From the NCBI GenBank assembly GCA_965287045.1, contig OZ336880.1:46624001-46688000 (forward strand): a stretch of 64,000 nt of DNA, in the 5' to 3' direction. How positions within the stretch are numbered: position 1 is the first letter of the stretch; the number at the start of each line of letters is the position of its first letter. A program made the position numbers and the translations under genes. The stretch is from Carcharhinus amblyrhynchos. Taxonomy: Eukaryota. The notes beneath the pieces were generated by a model. That model worked only from the letters and a program-made list of their open reading frames with translations, had not been told where the DNA came from and made no database searches. Of the stretch, positions 13,985-25,600 are shown piece by piece.

Positions 13985-14200
13985 CTGGTTTAGCTCAGTT
14001 GGCTGGACAGCTGGTTTGTGATGCAGACCAATGCCAATTGTGCAGGTTCAATTCCTGTACCAGCTGAGGTTATTCATGAAGGCCTGCCTTTTTAAACTTG
14101 CCCCTCATCTGAGTTGTAGTAACCGTCAGGTTAAAATACCACCAGTCAGCTCCCCCTGAAAGCAGAGAGCAGCCTATGATCAATGGTGACTTTACCTTTT
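13985..14200 (+). mobile_element. tRNA-derived SINE
   Basis: A-box TAGCTCAGTTGG and B-box GGTTCAATTCC, followed by a non-tRNA body ending GACTTTACCTTT. Confidence 0.75.
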
Positions 14201-14811
14201 ACATAACCACAAAGGGAAAGGCTGGGGAGAGGAGGAAATAGGATGAAGCAAAAATGAGAGAAATATTCTGGGGAGGTGAAGGACAACATTGAGTGGGCAG
14301 GGGAAGAAAAGGGAAAGGCTGATGGGAAGACAAAGAGAAAGGCTGATGGAAACAAGGGTGAGAGAACATAGACAAAAATAGAGGGGAAGAGTTCAGAATG
14401 AAAAGTGAAGAACAGAGCCAGAGCTCCATCTCTGTCTTCTTGATATAGTTGAGCAGATACAGTAGATAAGCATAAACATAAGCAAATTTAATTATAGCAG
14501 GCAGGCATAATAGAAACTGAACATTGTTACAGTAGGTGTGGCATTTGGAGGAAGTCTATGTCATATGCAACATGTTTGACTTTGATTTTTCTCCCCTTCT
14601 TCACATGGGCAAAAGTCAGGATGAACACACCCAAGGAAATAACAATTCCAGACTTGTTTGTTATAAGTAATGCTTCAAAAGATAAAAATCCATGAAGAAA
14701 AATAAATTAACATTTTGTTTATTTTTAACATTTTAAAAAATCTGAAAGATGTAAAACAGATAAAAATAATTGTAATTATTACAGCTCATATCCTAGCATT
14801 TCATCTTTATC

Positions 14812-15040
14812 AAGTTGGTGGCACTCTTTTTCCAAGTTTGAAACTTGTAAGATTTAATTCATACTACATAAGTTGAGCATGTAATCTAAACCAGTACTTC
14901 AGTGCAGCACTGAGATGAATGCTGTTGTGTTAGATGTGCTTGCTGTCTTTTCAATAAGACATTAAATTGAAGCTCCATCAATTTGGGTAAGGTGAACATG
15001 AACAATCCAGTTGTATATTTCCTCCTTCAACCAACATTAT
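14812..15040 (+). mobile_element. DeuSINE (SacSINE1/AmnSINE1-like) relic
   Basis: Deu-domain-like CTTCAGTGCAGCACTGAGATGAATGCTG...GTCTTTTCAATAAGACATTAAA. Homologous to 44605-44850. Confidence 0.65.
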
Positions 15041-15044
15041 TACC

Positions 15045-16060
15045 AAAGTTACCTTGTCAAGAAACTCAAAACACTTTCGTTAAAGACAATTTGTTTTTAA
15101 CAAATCTGTGCTGATTTTCCTTAATTAATCTACACTTGTTCAAGTGACAATTGTTTGGATTATCATTTCTAAAAGCTTTTCCACCTACAAGGGTAAACGG
15201 ACTGGTCAGCAGTCACCGAGTTTACCCTCTTTTGAACAAGTGTGTGACATTTGCAGTTCTCCAGTCCTCATGTCTGAGAAAGATTGGCAGTGGCAACTTC
15301 AGCTACTGCCAATCTTTCTAATACATCCTCTATCAATTTAACCCATTCAGTATCACAACAACCTCCTCCTTCATTGACTTTGGTAGCATCTTATTCTTTG
15401 GTAAAGGTAGATGTAAAGTAGTTATTTAGTTCCTCAACCATATTCAAGTGTAATTTCCTTTTTGGTTCCTTAATCGCCTGAATCCTCTTCTTACTGTTTT
15501 ACTATTTATTTCCCTGCAGTAGACTTTGAATTCCTTTTTGGCTGCCAGTGTCTTCTCATTTTTCTTTCTTGTTTCCTTTTTCACTTTCCATTTTGGCTCT
15601 CATTTTATAATATTATCAACTTCACATCTGTCAATGCATACTCTTTTCAACTTCATCTTATTTCCCATCTCTTTAGTCATCCAGGAGCTCTAGTTTTGTT
15701 TACACCACCTTTTCCGTTTGTGGGAATGTACCTTGATTGCATTCAAACCATATCCTCTTTAAAAGGTGGACCATTGTTCTATTATAATTTTGCCTACAAA
15801 ACTTTGACTCCAATTTACCTGGTATAGATCAAAACTCCCTCCACCAAATTTCACCCTCCTGTAATTAGCATTTTACTCCAGATTGCTCCTTGTACTTTTC
15901 CATAGTTAGCCTAAAACATATAATCCAATGATCACTGTTCCCTAATATTTCACTAATTCCATTTGATCCATATCTTTCATCCACAACCAGATTCATTAAT
16001 GCCTCTTTCTCAATGGGCTAGAAATGTACTGATCAAGAGGATTCTCCTGTGCACTTCTTA
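15045..16060 (-). mobile_element. Old degenerate CR1 LINE ORF2 fragment
   Basis: Minus strand QHRFVKNKLSLT.. resembles QHGFVKGKSCLTNL of CR1 RT. Many stops and frameshifts. Confidence 0.75.
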
Positions 16061-16069
16061 TAGCTCCAT

Positions 16070-18800
16070 TCAACATCCACCATGCCCACTTACCCTCATC
16101 CTTATAGAAAGTCAAATCTCTCCCTCAGTCACCCTTACCAAATACATCCATACTTACTCGTATGTCTCTTCTTTCCCTCCTTACAGAAGAGGGAGAGAAC
16201 CAGAGGGGACCCTCAAACATCTTGCAGGTGACAAGCACTAAGGAGGCAACAAAGGAGATCAATGGAGTTTTGGTGTCCCTAGTCATCCTAGATGGGAGTT
16301 CTGTGCTACCTGATCACACAATTAAATAAAATCTAACCGCATCATACAGTAATCAATCATGTTGACTTGCTTTCAACAGCAAGTGAAATATGATCAGCTT
16401 CATAATGATAACCTGCAACATAACTTTCCAGGATCGACTTGTGAATTATTATCCATAGGGCTTTGGTTTTGTGCAGCAGCAGTCAATGGAGGCCGCTGAC
16501 CATGAGTCCTCAGAACAGTTCAGTCCTTCTGAGAGTGCACTGTCACAGAGTTCATGCAAAACATGCGTCAGTTCAGCTACTCATACTTTGGTGGGAGCAA
16601 TAAGGCAGGTAGTTGGGCTTTTATCTCATGATCTATACTTCACAAGTAAGCAAGAACTCAGAGACAGGTACAAAGTTGGAAATTCCAAGTTCTGTTCAGC
16701 TGGACGTGATGAGGAGGAGAATCACAGCATCAACAGGCCTTCAAAGTGGAAACCATACAAGTGCAGAGAAATTGGAGGAGTTCACCTCAAGATATAAGCA
16801 GGCTGACCTGACAGGCCGTTGAGATGCAGTCTTCTTCCATAAATGTAGAGTGGCCAGTGTCATGGGCCATCATATGCTTCAATCAGATGAGCTCATGCAC
16901 ATTTTCAATATCAACATGAAGACTCCAGATGCCAATATGTCAACCACATTGAAAAAATTGACAGATTTCTTAGCCTTGGCCTGATAGAGTTGCACTGATC
17001 AGCATCAAGTGTTCTCCAATATGGCAGCAGCAGTGAAGTGTGGCTAGGCCATGACATAGATGGTGACAATCAAGGTCATGGAAGGAACTCAATGTGGGAA
17101 TTCAATGTGCTTCGACTTCTCATCCACACTTCTTAGTAAGTACCTGATATGCTGCCTTGTTTCCTGATAGCTGCACAGGTGCAGGCAGAGTAGACTTTGA
17201 CAGGGAAAGAGTATTGAAAGGTGTCTCAGCAGTCAGGGCAGCAATCAGAGGAACCTATTTCTATTTCTGTTGAAGCTACACAAGTGAATTCTCTTATAAA
17301 TAGTAGAAAAGGAAGAGTAGGTTTGTAGTTGCATAAGAATATGTAGATAGCTGTTTGATAAAATATTGTTATGATCACTTTATGTCATTTATTCAGATCG
17401 CATCAGTGTTACTTTTTCCACCACTTTCCCATCTTGTCCATTCTTGGATGGTAATTAGCCTTTTAACTTTTTTGATGATGAATGAGGGGGCATAAAATTC
17501 ATGGGGACAACTGAGGAATGTTCAAGGGTGGTTGGTTGATTGCAGACCCGCTTTGTGTCAATGGCATGGCAGGGGAGGTGAAAGAATAGTTGTTGCATTT
17601 ATTGGTGACATGGCTGCACCAGTACAACTAAGTGAATCTTGCATTGATAAAAGTAATCCTAGCATCCTGAGCTGCGATACACACAACTAAGATTGTGTTT
17701 TCTTCATCATTCTTATTCTCTTCACCCCCTCTAAACTGTCTGAGCTCTTTGCATGGTTCTTCTTGCAAATTCAAGCCTCACTGCCATTGAGCAATGTTAT
17801 GCTGAGCACAGCAAACCACAACCATTCTGAAAACCTTGGTTGGTACAGACAGAAGGACACTTCCAGATCTGTCCAGGCTTCTGAAGCATATCAACATACT
17901 AATAGCCTGTTCCATTATGCATCTGGTCATGATATAACAATAATTGAGCACTGTTGGCCTTCAGTGGGTAAGTTTCTAATAGGTGTTGTAAGCCAAGTTT
18001 GCCTAACAGCTATCCCAGACATTTGCTTCTGGCTGTGAAGAAGTCAGGAATCTTGGTGATCCTGAGGATGAAAGCATCATGGAATCTGCCCATCAATCTT
18101 ACACACACCTACATACGTTGTGGTTGCATCCCAGCTGCATATTGATGGAGTGGAAAGCCTTACAATTGATGAATATTCCTGGTTATTCTGGGCAGCCTGC
18201 ATTGTCCCAAGTGCAATCGATGCTGCCCTCCACCAGAGCAACAAAGCAGATGACCCACACACACTGAATAAATTTTAGGTGGCTAAGTTGCTATAATTGC
18301 CAGTATAGGCAAGAAATCCATCAGGTCACTCAAATTAACAGTTTGTGTGCGGTTGACTAGGTGATCCTGCACTTGTTTTGCCGCAGCCCCGGAAGAATCT
18401 GGAGGCAAAAAAGTTGAGGGCAGTAATGACTTTGTAGCCAAGTCCAGTTGAACTGGGAAGCTGAAAGTGTCTGTCACCAATGTGACATTCTGAGTCTCCT
18501 GAGACACTAGTGTTCAGACATATCAAGCAAACTGAGCTGTTGCTAATATACCTGTTTTATGGGTATCACTCCTGCTCCTTTGCTGGTTCCCTTTATGCTT
18601 GTTCGGGTCTATGAGCAGTAGGCTCAAGCAGCTAGAGGAGCTGGTCATCTTGGTCTTTATCCAAGTCCAATCTATGGCTACATACGTGGCACCCATCCAG
18701 TTGTGATTGAGCGAGACTGCAAAATTGTAACAACCAATCTCTCAACAAAACTGCAGGAATCAAAGACTCACACACAAGCAGGTATGAAAACAGGTGTGAA
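16070..18800 (-). mobile_element. PIF/Harbinger DNA transposon relic (transposase on minus; probable convergent spliced partner ORF on plus)
   Basis: Minus-strand motifs KVITALNFFASRFF (about 18400-18440), VEGSIDCT (18210-18233), FINCKAFHSINMQLGCNH (18120-18173), GRFHDAFILR (18061-18090) and FRSLDRSG..VVVCCAQHNIA (about 17790-17890) match HARBI1/Harbinger DDE transposase. Plus-strand splice acceptor at about 16185. Ends approximate. Confidence 0.85.
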
Positions 18801-18852
18801 TGCCAAATGTTCTTGGCATCGTGTCTGAGATTACTTCAGTTTCCTTGTTTGT

Positions 18853-19179
18853 TCATAGAATAGAATCATAGAATCCCTTCAGTGCATAAGGAGGCCATTC
18901 AGCCCATCAAGTCTGCACCAACCACAATCCCGCCCAGGTCCTATCCACTTTACCCATGCATTTACTCTACTAGTCCCCCTGACACTTTGGGACAATTTGC
19001 CATGGTCAATCAACCTAACCCACACATCTTTGGACTGTGGAAGGAAACCTGAGCACCTGGAGGAAATCACGTAGACACGGGGAGAACATGCAAACTCCAC
19101 ACAGACAGTCCCCAAGGCTGGAATTGAACGTGGGTCCCTGTGCTCAGTGAGGCTAACCACTGTGCCACCATGCTGCCCC
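18853..19179 (-). mobile_element. HE1/V-SINE-type SINE, near full length
   Basis: Head GGGCAGCATGGTGGCACAGTGGTTAGC, V-domain and (TTCTA)n tail. Same family as 7762-8060. Confidence 0.92.
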
Positions 19180-19529
19180 ATTGCTGTGTACCAGCCCTCA
19201 TTTCAGTGGTGAATTATGGAAGCCCAGGAAATCCTTGCACCCATACGACTACTCTAATACTTTTTATGTGTATAGTCAATGGCTCCTTGAATCACTGGGA
19301 ATCCTGCAATCCTGGCCAAGCCACCTGTCTGCTTCCCCAGCTTCTCCGATTATGGAGACCGTGAAGTCACCTCCCAATTCAGCAATATATGGCAAACTGT
19401 TGAGGTGTCGGCAATATTGCCTGCTCAGAAGAATCTGTTGCATAGAAACTGAGGGTGACCTTTACAGCCATTCTTGTCAGATCATCGGCTCCCCATTGTT
19501 CCCAGCATGTTTTTTGTGACTTTGACGGT

Positions 19530-20765
19530 GGAGTATTTATCTAACACCTCTTTCATTTCCAAAATCCAATTATAACATCAGCCGTTCTTTCTCTAATGGA
19601 CCTAAGTTTACTTTCACTAATCTCTTTCCATTAAACACTTATAGAAAGATTTACAACTATAAAAAAATTTACAATTTGTTTATGCGTCTTCTGCTATTTT
19701 GCTATTTACTCTTTCCTTATCAATTTCTTAGTCCTCATTTGCTGAATTCTAAAATCCTCAGGTTTACTATTCTTTTTGGCAACATTACAAGCTTTTTCCT
19801 TAGATCTAATACTATCATTAACTTATTTTGTTAGCCATAGTTGGACCACTTTTTTCATTGGGTTTTTATAGTTTAAGGGAATATATGTTTGTTGTAAATT
19901 AAGTTTTAATTCTTTAAGATAGCCATTGTTTGGCAACGGTCATGTCCTCTAATGTAATTACCCAATGTATCTCAGCCAACTTGTCCCTCCAACTACCATT
20001 TCGCTTTGGTCAAATTCAAGACCCTTAGTTTCAGATTTAACTGAATGACTTTCCAATTAAATAGAAAATTTTAAAGTTATAAAGTGTATCTATTAGTCAC
20101 AAGTAAGGCTTACATTAACACTGCAATGAAGTTACTGTGAAATTCCCCTAGTCGCCACACTCCGGCACCTATATGGGTCAATGCACCTAGCCAGCACATC
20201 TTTCAGAATGTGGGAGCACCCTCAGGAAACCCACACAGACATGGAGAGAGCGTGCAAACTCCACACAGATGTGACCCAAGCCAGGAATCGAACCCAGGTC
20301 CCTGATGCTGTGAGGCAGCAGTGCTAACCACTGTGCCACCAGTCCACCCACTTCTACCAGTTACGGTCACTTCTCTAGAGATTCTTTGCTACTAGTTTAT
20401 TAAATAAGCCTGTCTTAGTGCACAATAGCCTGTTCCCTATTTGGTTCCTCAACATACTGAACTAGAAAATATCTTGACTGCATTCCATGAACTCATCCTC
20501 CACATTATCACTGCAAATTTTGTCTTCCCAGTTGATTTGAAAATTAAAGTCTTCCATGATTCCTGCATTCCCTTATAACCTCTGCATCTATTTCCTGATT
20601 TATTCTCTGGCCTATACTACAACTGTTACAACTCCCGTCAATGTTTTCTGCCCCATGCTGTTTTGTTTTTAGCTCCTCATTTTCTGAGATAAGATCCTTT
20701 CTTTCTACTGTTGTTACCTCATCCTTTATCATCAGCGTTATGCCTCCCTTATCCTTTTACCAACC
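19530..20765 (-). mobile_element. Old CR1 ORF2 (endonuclease/linker) relic, interrupted by a SINE and a younger CR1
   Basis: Degenerate CR1-like coding sequence on the minus strand. Appears to resume after 21510. Confidence 0.65.
20082..20349 (-). mobile_element. V-SINE-head SINE with an alternative 3' tail
   Basis: Same head as the HE1 copies, but the tail is ..TTCACAGTAACTTCATTGCAGTGTTAATGTAAGCC..CTTGTGACTAATA. Confidence 0.85.
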
Positions 20766-20771
20766 TCTCAT

Positions 20772-21508
20772 GCTACGGTGCAGAGGGACCTAGGGGTCCT
20801 TGTGCACGAGTCGCAAAAACCTAGTCTGCAAGTGCAGCAGGTGATCAAGAAGGCGAATGGAATGTTGGCCTTTATAGCGAGGGGGATAGAATATAAAAGC
20901 AGGGAGGTCTTGCTGCAACTGTACAGGGCACTGGTGAGGTTGCGGCTGGAGTACTGTGTGCAGTTTTGGTCGCTGCACTTGCGGAAGGATATATTGGCCC
21001 TGGAGGGAGTGCAGAGGAGGTTCACTAGGCTGATACCAGAGATGAGGGGGTTGGCCTATGAAGCGAGACTAAATAGACTGGGTCTGTACTCATTGGAGTT
21101 TAGAAGGATGAGGGGGAATCTTATAGAGACATATAAGATAATGAAGGAGATGGATAGGGTAGAGATAGAGAGATTCTTCCCACTTAGAAAGGATAGCAGG
21201 ACTAGAGGACACAGCCTCAAGATAAGGCGGGGGGGGCGCAGTTTAGATCAGAGTTGAGGAGGAACTTCTTCACTCAAAGGGTGGTGAATCTCTGGAATTC
21301 TCTGCCCGTTGAAGTGGTGGAGGCTACCTTGCTAAATATATTTAAGTCACGGCTAGATAGGTTTCTGATAGACAGGGGAATTAAGGGTTATGGGGAGAAA
21401 GCGGGAAAGTGGAACTGATCCACTTCAGATCAGCCATGATCTTATTGAATGGCGGGGCAAGCTTGAAGAGCTTGATGGCCTACTCCTGCTCCTATTTCTT
21501 ATGTTCTT
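20772..21508 (+). mobile_element. Young CR1 LINE, 5'-truncated (C-terminal ORF2 and 3' UTR)
   Basis: QRDLGVLVHES..LEYCVQFWS..LEGVQRRFTRLIP. 3' end CTCCTATTTCTTATGTTCTT. Confidence 0.95.
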
Positions 21509-21584
21509 TTCTAAAAATTAGGTATCACAGAATATTTAGTTCCCAACTTTGGTCACACTGCAACCATGGCTTAGTAACTTTCTA

Positions 21585-21958
21585 TGTTAGAACAAGGGGA
21601 TAGAAATGGACACTCCATGCAGCCAGAAAAAACATGGGAAACTGCAGAAATCAAAGTAAAAGTCTTCTACCAGCTAAAAAGAGAGGTTATCAGTCTAAAA
21701 AAGGGTCCAAAAAGGAGCAGCTGTAATCTCCTGCCAAAACTCCAAAAGTATGAGTAACAACTCCATGGAGGCAAAAGTTGCCTTATTTACACCATACATC
21801 TGTACACAGTCAGCTCTACAGTTGCTCCTTGCTGAAATGCAGACTGGGAGTCTGACACACCTGCTTTAAATAGGGAGCACAACGCTCCCTGATTTAACCA
21901 TCGAAGAAAATTCATACTCTAGCAAGCCAACCTCATTAGCCTGGCTGAAGTCATCACA
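21585..21958 (-). mobile_element. Probable solo LTR
   Basis: TG...CA termini with imperfect inverted ends and a TATTTAAA box on minus. No clear TSD. Confidence 0.4.
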
Positions 21959-22494
21959 GTGTGGGAAAAGCAAAGACAGACAGAAACAACAACTGTGGCA
22001 GTTTTTAAAAAGCTGACAGTCTTAAAGCAGTAATGCATTTAAAGTTGTACAACATTTAATGCAACAATAATAAGAAGGAACAGAGGACAAGGAACAGGAA
22101 AATCAGAAAAGACCCAGATAGAGATCAACTCTGAAAAAAGGGGTCTGTAAGCAACACAAGACCTCAAGGAGGAGGCAACGCAGAAGCTCAGGGAAAGTAA
22201 TAAGCCCTCAAATAAGAGACAAAGCCAGACTCAGAGTAGGCAGTAAAATATCCCTGAGAAGGGGGCACAGAAAAACAGAACTCAGAAAGCAGCAAGCCCG
22301 TATGGGAGAATCCCACGCAAGACTATATTTAGAACTGTGCATAGTTGAAGCTTTCTAGAAGAAGTTATGTTAAGTGCAAGCCTCAAGATTTCTCCACTAA
22401 ACAATCGCTACATTGACTTATAAATGTTTAACTTGTTTATAATGTTTATTTAGAATGTGGGTTGATTAAATTGATTTTGAGGATTGTACAAGAA

Positions 22495-22805
22495 AGTTAA
22501 AGGGGGTGAGATGTTGTGTATATGGTGTCTGTCACATTAAGACAGTACAACAGGTGTGAGTCACTGATTTGAGACCAATAGAACCAAGAGAGAGTGATCA
22601 CACTAGAAGATGGAGTCCTCTCTCAGGCCGAATACTCTAGAAGTCATGCTGTAAGCATGTAAGGACTGGAGCTAATGCTCCAGGACAACCCAGAGCTGCA
22701 AAGTCCTGAATCAAGTTTCCCTTATCAATAAATACATTTTGTTCCCAATAAAGCCCCAAAAGCGTTCTGCCAACTTGAAGCTAGATTACTCCAAGCTTTT
22801 TGACA
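22495..22805 (+). mobile_element. Probable LTR preceded by a polypurine tract
   Basis: AAAGGGGGTGAGA then TGTTG. AATAAA at about 22728 and 22748. Ends ..TGACA. Confidence 0.5.
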
Positions 22806-24334
22806 ATGGTAACAGGTTCTGTGCCAGGCCTGTCAATGTATCTAGTACCTCTGAGAGCATGCCTTTCAGCATTCTTTTGTATGTTATGCATCAAGACATT
22901 CAACTTGATTCTCTGCAGCAGAGCTTGTATGTGACCTCACCCTCTGGGCAGCTGTCACATGTGCTACCTTTTCTCTTTGCCCTAGCTGCAGCCCAGAATG
23001 CTGAGCCCACTTCCACGCCACTCTATAAATTTTTTCCCAGTTCCAGTACTAGAGCTGGTGGCCGCAATGTTAGTTTAAATGACATTGCTTTTTTTTTAAT
23101 CATTCGTCTGCTCTTGCCTGGGCCCTTAATGGTGAGGCTGTGGTCTGGTCAGGCGCCAGGTCTTCGATATCTGGAAGCAAAAACAAAAGAGTCAAAATGA
23201 GGGAAACGTGGGATTAGGTGGAAAGTAAGACGCCATGTTCATTAGGGCCAGGGAGAGAAGTTATAGGCCATGCTGCTTTTCCCCTTTCTCAACCCTTTAT
23301 TCCCCACACCACCCCACATTAAACCTCCCCTTCAATCATGCATGATGTTTTCCCCCTTTAAATATTCAATTTACAATAATATTCAGATTACAATTATTTA
23401 GGCAATAGCATCAGATGCTGCTGTGAAAGGTACTGGTAAAATGATTGTACTCACTGTTGATATCTGGTTACAAATACTATCCAATATATATGCAGCATGA
23501 GTTACTAATATTAAGAACGGCGATGATGTAATGCAATGTTAGTTTGTGAGCATCCTTTAAGTGATCCCACCCAGGCCATTTAAGAGAGCAGAGAGTATAA
23601 ATTATACTTTGTCGGCATCATACAGTATTGTTAATTTGGCAGGATAATATCCTATTGGTTATTTATAACATTGTACAGATGGTAAAAGTGATTCTGGTGA
23701 CTATCTTAGTCCTCATTAATACGTTCTGTACATTGCACTGTATGAACATAATAAGTAAAAATATACTTGGGGAAGATTCAATACATGCAACCCAGATAAA
23801 CTGCGTAAGATCTTTTCCATTCCACAGAAGTGTTAAAAGACTTCTCCTGCCAGGGTGCATGATATTATTCAATATAATTAGTTCAGTGAATGGGTGTAAT
23901 TGGATTCTATTTTATCAGCAACCTCACAGTGGAAAGATCAAAAGACTCCTGACCAACACAGTGGAATGGCTGAACAACATAGGTCTTCATATTTGTCACA
24001 ATATTTCAATACTTCAAAAATCTCACAAGAACACGAAGATACGAGTGGAATAATAGGCTAATAGACAAAAGAACAAGATTGAAGTCAATGAAAAAGACAC
24101 CTGAGAATCATGTACAGGATAAACCAGCTTACTGATTCACTAAGACCCCATTATGCACTCCTGTCCTGGCAATTTCACCCCAAAGCCCACTCACAGGAAA
24201 CTCCCATTAGCAAAAAAAACAGAACTCCAACAAAAACAGAAAATGCTGAAAAACTCAGCAGGCCTGACAGCAGCTGTGGAGAGAGAATAGAGCCAATGTT
24301 TCGAGCCTGGAGAATCTTTCTGAGCTCTTCTCAT

Positions 24335-25600
24335 CGATGCCCTTTCAAAATGGATCTACGTAACTGGATGGTTTCTATTACCTCTTCCTAGAGAAACGCT
24401 GTCAATCTTGTAGAATGCATAGTATATCCAAGGTTCTTGTGACAGACAACAGAACCTCATTTACTAAAGGGAGTTTCAGGCCTTCATGGGTACAAATGGA
24501 GTAAGGCACATCTGCACGGCAACCTACCACCCTTCCTCAAACAGCCAGGCTGAGTGGGCACTGCAAATATTCAAACAGCATAAAGAAACAAACCACATGT
24601 TCTCTAGAAACAAAGCTCACATTTCCTTTTTAGCAAAAGGACTATGCTGCAGATGGTGACAGGAATAGCCTTGCTGGAGCTACTGGTGGACTGATGTCTT
24701 TGGACTAGACTTAGCCTGATGTTCCCAAATTTGACCAGCAACACTGAGTGAAAACAAGAAACCCAGGAAAGGGGCCATGATGGTTAGAGAGCAGATAGAG
24801 ACTTCAAACTAGGAAACACAGTCCACGTGAGGAACTTCGACACTGAATCCATATGGATCCCCGGAGTTATTCTCAAGAACAACAGGACCGGTGTCTTAAA
24901 AGGCAAAAACCAGGGAAATGATCTCAAAGAAGCATGTAGGTCACCTCTTCACAAGCAACTTCCATAGAGACAACTGTTTCTACGGACACACCATTACTGG
25001 TGTCATTCACACCAGCCTGTGGACAGGAAACTCTCCCCCTAAGAACTCATGAACCAGTTATCTGGATGAAGAAGATTCTAGTTCAGAAATGGAGACAGAG
25101 GTGCTGGACACCCAGTCAGGGATTGCCACTGCAGACGAGCCCCCTGTCACGGCTCTTCAATGTACTTTGCAGAAGAGGTGTTCACTTGTTCGTTACATGC
25201 CTCTCCAAGCAGATCCTACAAGTGATAGGGATGAAACCACGAGCAAAGAGAAGGAGAATGCCTTATCATAATGGGAGCAAGGGGGAACCCTCAAACTCAG
25301 TGGGGGGGAGGTGAGGGGGGTGGGGTGGATTGTGATAATCCCCGTGAGATCCATGGGGAATCACCGATTGATCTCCCTGCGGCTCTTGTAGAATATGAGT
25401 TCCCCTGGTAACAGGCATTGGTTTGTCCAACAGAGGCTCATAACCTGAGTCTTTTATAATGCAGGCCTGGAACTGGGCCTGTTGGACAGTAGGCCGAAGC
25501 AGGGACCAACTAGTGTGTGTACACAATGGTAGTGGTTTAACTTTGCATCCTATAATCAACTATGTTCCTTTTCAGTCAAGCTTCCCAAGTCCTTATAACT
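24335..25600 (+). mobile_element. Gypsy/Ty3 LTR retrotransposon relic: integrase, PPT and 3' LTR
   Basis: KVLVTDNRTSFT / EFQAFMGTNGVRHICTATYHPSSNSQAEWALQIFK (24430-24575) resembles the integrase core SDNG..YHPxSNGxAER. G-rich PPT at about 25300-25330, then TGTGATAA LTR start at 25331. Confidence 0.85.

Noticed and set aside
13985-14065. tRNA-like A/B boxes as a real tRNA gene
   Set aside because: No convincing cloverleaf or acceptor stem, and it continues into a SINE body.
23628-24053. 141-aa plus-strand ORF
   Set aside because: Non-ATG start, AT-rich, no recognisable domain or splice support.
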